Shown: positions 60,266 through 64,000 of the stretch, one piece after another
Position numbering within the stretch: the stretch's first letter is position 1
Layout: each line of letters opens with the position of its first letter
IMG/VR virus record: IMGVR_UViG_3300010163_000002
Coordinates: 32,001 to 96,000 of that record
DNA: 64,000 nucleotides
Strand: one strand, 5' to 3'
Origin: a virus
Lineage: Duplodnaviria; Caudoviricetes
The notes under the pieces: model-generated
What the model saw: only the letters and a program-made list of their open reading frames with translations
Database searches by the model: none
What the model was told of the DNA's origin: nothing
Made by a program: the position numbers and the translations under genes

Positions 60266-61450
60266 TTAATACTGGCCAATAATGCTATCAGATCCACGTT
60301 TTACATTGTTGATTTTGATAGCTCTGCTCTTTGGGAACTGTTTCTTAAAATCTGCGACTACATCATTTGGATTTCTCATCTGTCTAACACTAGATTCCTC
60401 AAGTTCATCATCCAGATCAATGTTCCCGAAGATATCAGCAAGCTTCTTTGAATCTTTGTTGAGCTTCTCTTTAAGTGAAGCATACTTTTTGCCAATATTC
60501 AGAATTCCCTCTTCAGGGAACGGCAAGCCAGCTATAATGATATCAATGTACTCGTTATCTTCAGAATCATCGTTCTGAACATGACGATATACTTCAAGAG
60601 GTTCGCCAGTATACCTTTTTACTACAGTCAGCTCATTATCAACAACTGACTGCGTCTTTGGATTAGCGTTAACAATGACAGCTATTCTCTTGCAGCCAGC
60701 ATTATCATATTCGAACCCTTTCATCTCTTCAAAAGATTCCATAGTGGCTTTATTAGTGAGATCGTAATTCTTAGCCCCGCTAATATCTACATGTCTGATA
60801 TCCATATAACCAGGCGTAGTCACGACTTTATAATGGTCCGTATCATCAATATTCTGAGATGACGGAACCATTTTACTACCAATAAGGATTTCTACCTGAG
60901 ATGCAAACTCCTCATTAGCTTTCTGTTCTGCAACAGCATAATTCTTGGTATAATCCAAGAATTTTTGATTTTCGATTGTGTGGAGGATAACACCGTCAGG
61001 CAATTCTCTAAAGAACTTAAGAGAATTATTAAGCCCTCTAGTGTCTTCTCCAAACCCAATCAAAGCGAATACATGTACCGGCATATTCAATGCAGTAAAG
61101 TACTTGGCTACGATTGGAGTAGCGCCGCAACCTGTACCACCTTCGATGGACGTTACAAGAATCACCGCTTTTGTTGACGGATCAATCATGCTAGCAAGAT
61201 CAATCTCTTCATTAACAATTGCTTTATACATGGCATCGCATCCCTTATTAGGCTCTTTCCCGCAACCCCCTAACATTGCGGAGAATTTAATGGCAAGATC
61301 GCTCTTGCCCTCTTTATAAGCATCAGGGATATCCTTCAGAGTCGTATTAAGGAGTCTCACTCTACCCTCAGGCATAATTCTTCTTTGAAGAACCTCAATA
61401 GCAGCCTTATTACCAGCAGCCCCGATCCCGAACAAAAACATTTCCATCAT
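60266..61450 (-). CDS. PhuZ-like tubulin/FtsZ-family GTPase
   Basis: GIGAAGNK, LNT, GGCGK, tubulin-signature-like SIEGGTGCG, IENQK, T7-loop-like NIDDTD. Confidence 0.88.
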   Translation of the reverse strand: MMEMFLFGIGAAGNKAAIEVLQRRIMPEGRVRLLNTTLKDIPDAYKEGKSDLAIKFSAMLGGCGKEPNKGCDAMYKAIVNEEIDLASMIDPSTKAVILVTSIEGGTGCGATPIVAKYFTALNMPVHVFALIGFGEDTRGLNNSLKFFRELPDGVILHTIENQKFLDYTKNYAVAEQKANEEFASQVEILIGSKMVPSSQNIDDTDHYKVVTTPGYMDIRHVDISGAKNYDLTNKATMESFEEMKGFEYDNAGCKRIAVIVNANPKTQSVVDNELTVVKRYTGEPLEVYRHVQNDDSEDNEYIDIIIAGLPFPEEGILNIGKKYASLKEKLNKDSKKLADIFGNIDLDDELEESSVRQMRNPNDVVADFKKQFPKSRAIKINNVKRGSDSIIGQY

Positions 61451-61464
61451 AGTATTATCCTCCT

Positions 61465-62145
61465 CTATTCTATGATTATTTTATAGGCTTTATCCATCAT
61501 ACTAGTAATGGTTTCAGCCCATTTACTGAGATCTGTATTTTTATTAGATTCTACAATCTCAGATATAGAATGATAGCCATTTGAATAATAGCCATCATAA
61601 AAACAGTTAGCTATTGATTCTACATCAGCAGCAAACTGTTTATTAACATCCGTATTGTCAGACGTAAGAACTACATCATTTCTGTTGTAGCCCCACCCAT
61701 ACCTCAATGCTGTTGCCATAAGTATGAAGATAGGATCTAATCCATTAGAATTAGACGCCTGACAGAAAACACCCCCTTTCCCATTGAAGATGCTTTCATT
61801 ATTTTCGCAGTGGGATAAATAGTAGTCGATGATTTTATTCATATCATCTTCCGTAATATCCATCCTATTTAATAAATCCATATCAGAATTAAATTCTCCA
61901 TTATACGGAGATGCATCTGACACTTTCTTTGCAACGCCTACCACATTGTATGTAGTGAACATTGCTGGCTCGAAAGTTGGTTCTGTTTCTGTAGCCGCGT
62001 GTACCTCTGGAGACACAGCTTCCACAGGCGTCGCCGAGGTTAAACAGCACTTTAGTGTTGTAATGCCCATAATGACTGACGCTATGATAATAGCGCAATC
62101 CATCATATCAAATCTTTCAAATAGTTTCTTAAATCCCTTATTCAT
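61465..62145 (-). CDS. Membrane-anchored glucosaminidase (GH73/lysozyme-like) homolog, probably catalytically inactive
   Basis: N-terminal hydrophobic segment; G..F..AS...GLDP.F....ALRYGWG where ALESGWG is expected; YY..GY.SI..I...W tail. Confidence 0.5.
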   Translation of the reverse strand: MNKGFKKLFERFDMMDCAIIIASVIMGITTLKCCLTSATPVEAVSPEVHAATETEPTFEPAMFTTYNVVGVAKKVSDASPYNGEFNSDMDLLNRMDITEDDMNKIIDYYLSHCENNESIFNGKGGVFCQASNSNGLDPIFILMATALRYGWGYNRNDVVLTSDNTDVNKQFAADVESIANCFYDGYYSNGYHSISEIVESNKNTDLSKWAETITSMMDKAYKIIIE

Positions 62146-62230
62146 TAGTACTCCCTTCTCTCGCTCCCCAGCGAGGATCATAGACGTTTTTACCCATGTG
62201 CAATTAAGCACATGGGTATTTTAGTGTTTT

Positions 62231-62353
62231 TTATTCTTTATCTTTGTTTTCGTCATCCTGACGATTAACCTTCTGGTTATCTTCCTCGGACAACATTACA
62301 GGGACCATATATTCTCCCTGTTCTCTGATAATCCCATACTCTTTATCAGTCAT
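62231..62353 (-). CDS. 40-aa acidic microprotein (below the ORF-track cutoff)
   Basis: AGGAGGTG RBS, MTDKEYGIIREQGEYMVPVMLSEEDNQKVNRQDDENKDKE*, late-type promoter at 62379-62391. Confidence 0.6.
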   Translation of the reverse strand: MTDKEYGIIREQGEYMVPVMLSEEDNQKVNRQDDENKDKE

Positions 62354-62573
62354 AATATCACCTCCTTAATGTTTTTTATTATAATAATGTATTAGGGATC
62401 ATCTTTACCTAAATATAGTATACAATTTATAAATTAGATTATGACAATACACAACCCAGATGGATTTAACCATCTGGGCAATGTAGGGGTAAGTAAGAAC
62501 TTCAAAAGAAAGTTATAATGGGTTTTAATATATAAAGGCAGATTTATATATTACTTAATAGTTCTATTATATA

Positions 62574-62807
62574 TTATTTATATACAGATTTTAAAGCTCC
62601 ATGTAAAGGATTAACTGTATAATGCGTTACAGTATCTTTAGGTTTAGGATAAAATGATGTATCAAGATCTTCTATAAAATCTTCATAATCACCACTTGAC
62701 GGTATAATATCAGCTTCCTGACATGCTGTATGAATTTCTACATATGGATCGTTTATGACAGCATCGCTGCTGTTAAACAAATCTGACAATGATTTTATTC
62801 CATTCAT
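62574..62807 (-). CDS. Small hypothetical protein
   Basis: 77 aa with AGGAGG RBS. Confidence 0.55.
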   Translation of the reverse strand: MNGIKSLSDLFNSSDAVINDPYVEIHTACQEADIIPSSGDYEDFIEDLDTSFYPKPKDTVTHYTVNPLHGALKSVYK

Positions 62808-62819
62808 TAGTTTTCCTCC

Positions 62820-63701
62820 TTAATTTATAATAGTGCACATATCTCTACCATATTTAGTATCAGCACATCTATACTGGCTGTTAGAAAAATATGGTATTAA
62901 ACCATATCTAATAGGATTATTAGCTGTAGGTTTAACCGGATAATATGTAACGATTGATGTATCTATTTCAAAATTTAAACCCGATCTTCTATAGAATAGA
63001 TTATATTGAGGAACTTGCCCGCTAGTATATTTATGTGTAGCATAATCGTTGTGTGGATAATATTCTCCATTTTTTAAACTATTTGAATACTTGGATATAT
63101 CGCTATCAGGGAATTTTTTCATTTTAACATATCCTGGAGCATATATTCTTTTCCATGGTTCTATATTTCTTTGCCTATCGTATAAATCAATTATATATGG
63201 CATATGGTCATATAAATATTCGTCAGTATATCCCTGAATATGCGGCAAATCCGCTAAAAAATACTCAAAACACAACCATCTGTCACATACTATAGTCCCA
63301 AGAGCCCCAATATATGGGAATGTGCTACATCCGGGATTATAGCATGCGCGAATCATATCTTTCCACATCATCCATGCTTTAGGATTATCATCTCTCGATG
63401 CTCTGCCCATATACGAAGTATCATAATCCAAATTTGGTATGTACCATTTTAAGTTGCCTTTTATAATGCTATCGTATGTAATAATAGAATCAGATGCTAA
63501 TAAAATAAATTCGCGATTGTATATATCCACCCTAAATAATGGGCATTTACATTCCCCAATTTCTGGATCTAATATTCTCTGGTCTCTTCTAGATATTTCT
63601 TTAATATGTACAATATATCTCTTACCAGAATAATAAATTTGATTTAGTTGTATCGGATCTCCTAATTTAATCTTGATTGGTTCAATAATAATGTTTTTCA
63701 T
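62820..63701 (-). CDS. Free-standing HNH-related homing-endonuclease homolog, possibly degenerate
   Basis: WMMWKDMIRACYNP....FPYIGALG..VCDRWLCFE.F..D and IY.P parallel the intron ORF; the LDKD segment is altered (IDLYD). Confidence 0.6.
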   Translation of the reverse strand: MKNIIIEPIKIKLGDPIQLNQIYYSGKRYIVHIKEISRRDQRILDPEIGECKCPLFRVDIYNREFILLASDSIITYDSIIKGNLKWYIPNLDYDTSYMGRASRDDNPKAWMMWKDMIRACYNPGCSTFPYIGALGTIVCDRWLCFEYFLADLPHIQGYTDEYLYDHMPYIIDLYDRQRNIEPWKRIYAPGYVKMKKFPDSDISKYSNSLKNGEYYPHNDYATHKYTSGQVPQYNLFYRRSGLNFEIDTSIVTYYPVKPTANNPIRYGLIPYFSNSQYRCADTKYGRDMCTIIN

Positions 63702-63770
63702 AATGCATATCCTTTCTTCTTTATCCCCTGATATTGCCTAATATTAATTAGTCTTTATGCTTTAGTAATT

Positions 63771-63898
63771 TTGTTTTTACATGAATCTTTTTTATTTGTT
63801 TTACTTATCTTTCTACTATTTAAATCAGTATGAGCGTAAGCGGAACCTTTTTGCTTTGTTTTTATGTGAATCTTTCTTATTGGTTTTTATTTATCTTT
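63771..63898. repeat. Imperfect direct repeat of about 43 bp in non-coding, T-skewed DNA
   Basis: ttgtttttacatgaatcttttttatttgttttacttatcttt (63771-) versus ttgtttttatgtgaatctttcttattggtttttatttatcttt (63856-). Confidence 0.6.
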
Positions 63899-64000
63899 TA
63901 TTTCTTATTTATCTAAATTATTTGAATCTACTATCTGCGGAGAGACCGCGGTCTTTACAATTCTGTTTAGGCCTGTGTATTTTTTTACACAAGCTGATTT

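Noticed and set aside
1-64000. tRNA, rRNA, integrase or transposase genes
   Set aside because: None recognised; the GC-rich intergenic hairpins are consistent with intrinsic terminators

Overview
A 64-kb, AT-rich segment of a jumbo myophage of the phiKZ/AR9/PBS1 supergroup. It uses the standard genetic code, and its strong GGAGG ribosome-binding sites suggest a Firmicutes host (inference). Core genes: major capsid, acidic scaffold-like protein, T4 gp21-like prohead protease, portal, intron-split terminase, tail sheath and tube, split multisubunit RNA polymerase (beta-N, beta-C, beta'-C and a probable second beta' C-terminal fragment), a family-B DNA polymerase split into two distant genes, NAD-dependent ligase, SF2 helicase, SbcC/Rad50, RecA/UvsX and a PhuZ-like tubulin. 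It also encodes a clear Tad1-type anti-Thoeris sponge. Two phage promoter classes can be read from the sequence: TATA(T/C)TAT (early-like) and DAC(A/T)-N6-TAA (AR9 late-like). The most striking unexplained signal is a short motif, roughly [KR]-x-M-[CV]-x-[IV]-[IV], at the termini or in insertions of about 16 mostly unrelated non-structural proteins, many of them DNA/RNA-acting, and absent from the recognisable virion proteins. It is a candidate shared docking or localisation tag. Other highlights: a group I intron whose P10 pairing places the 3' end on A rather than G; a separately expressed 66-aa copy of the capsid C-terminal arm with an exact 53-bp repeat; two orphan late-promoter/terminator units with anti-SD sequences (candidate sRNAs); and an expanded Cys-rich protein family showing gene-conversion-like patches. 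All family assignments come from motif recognition by eye, not database searches.
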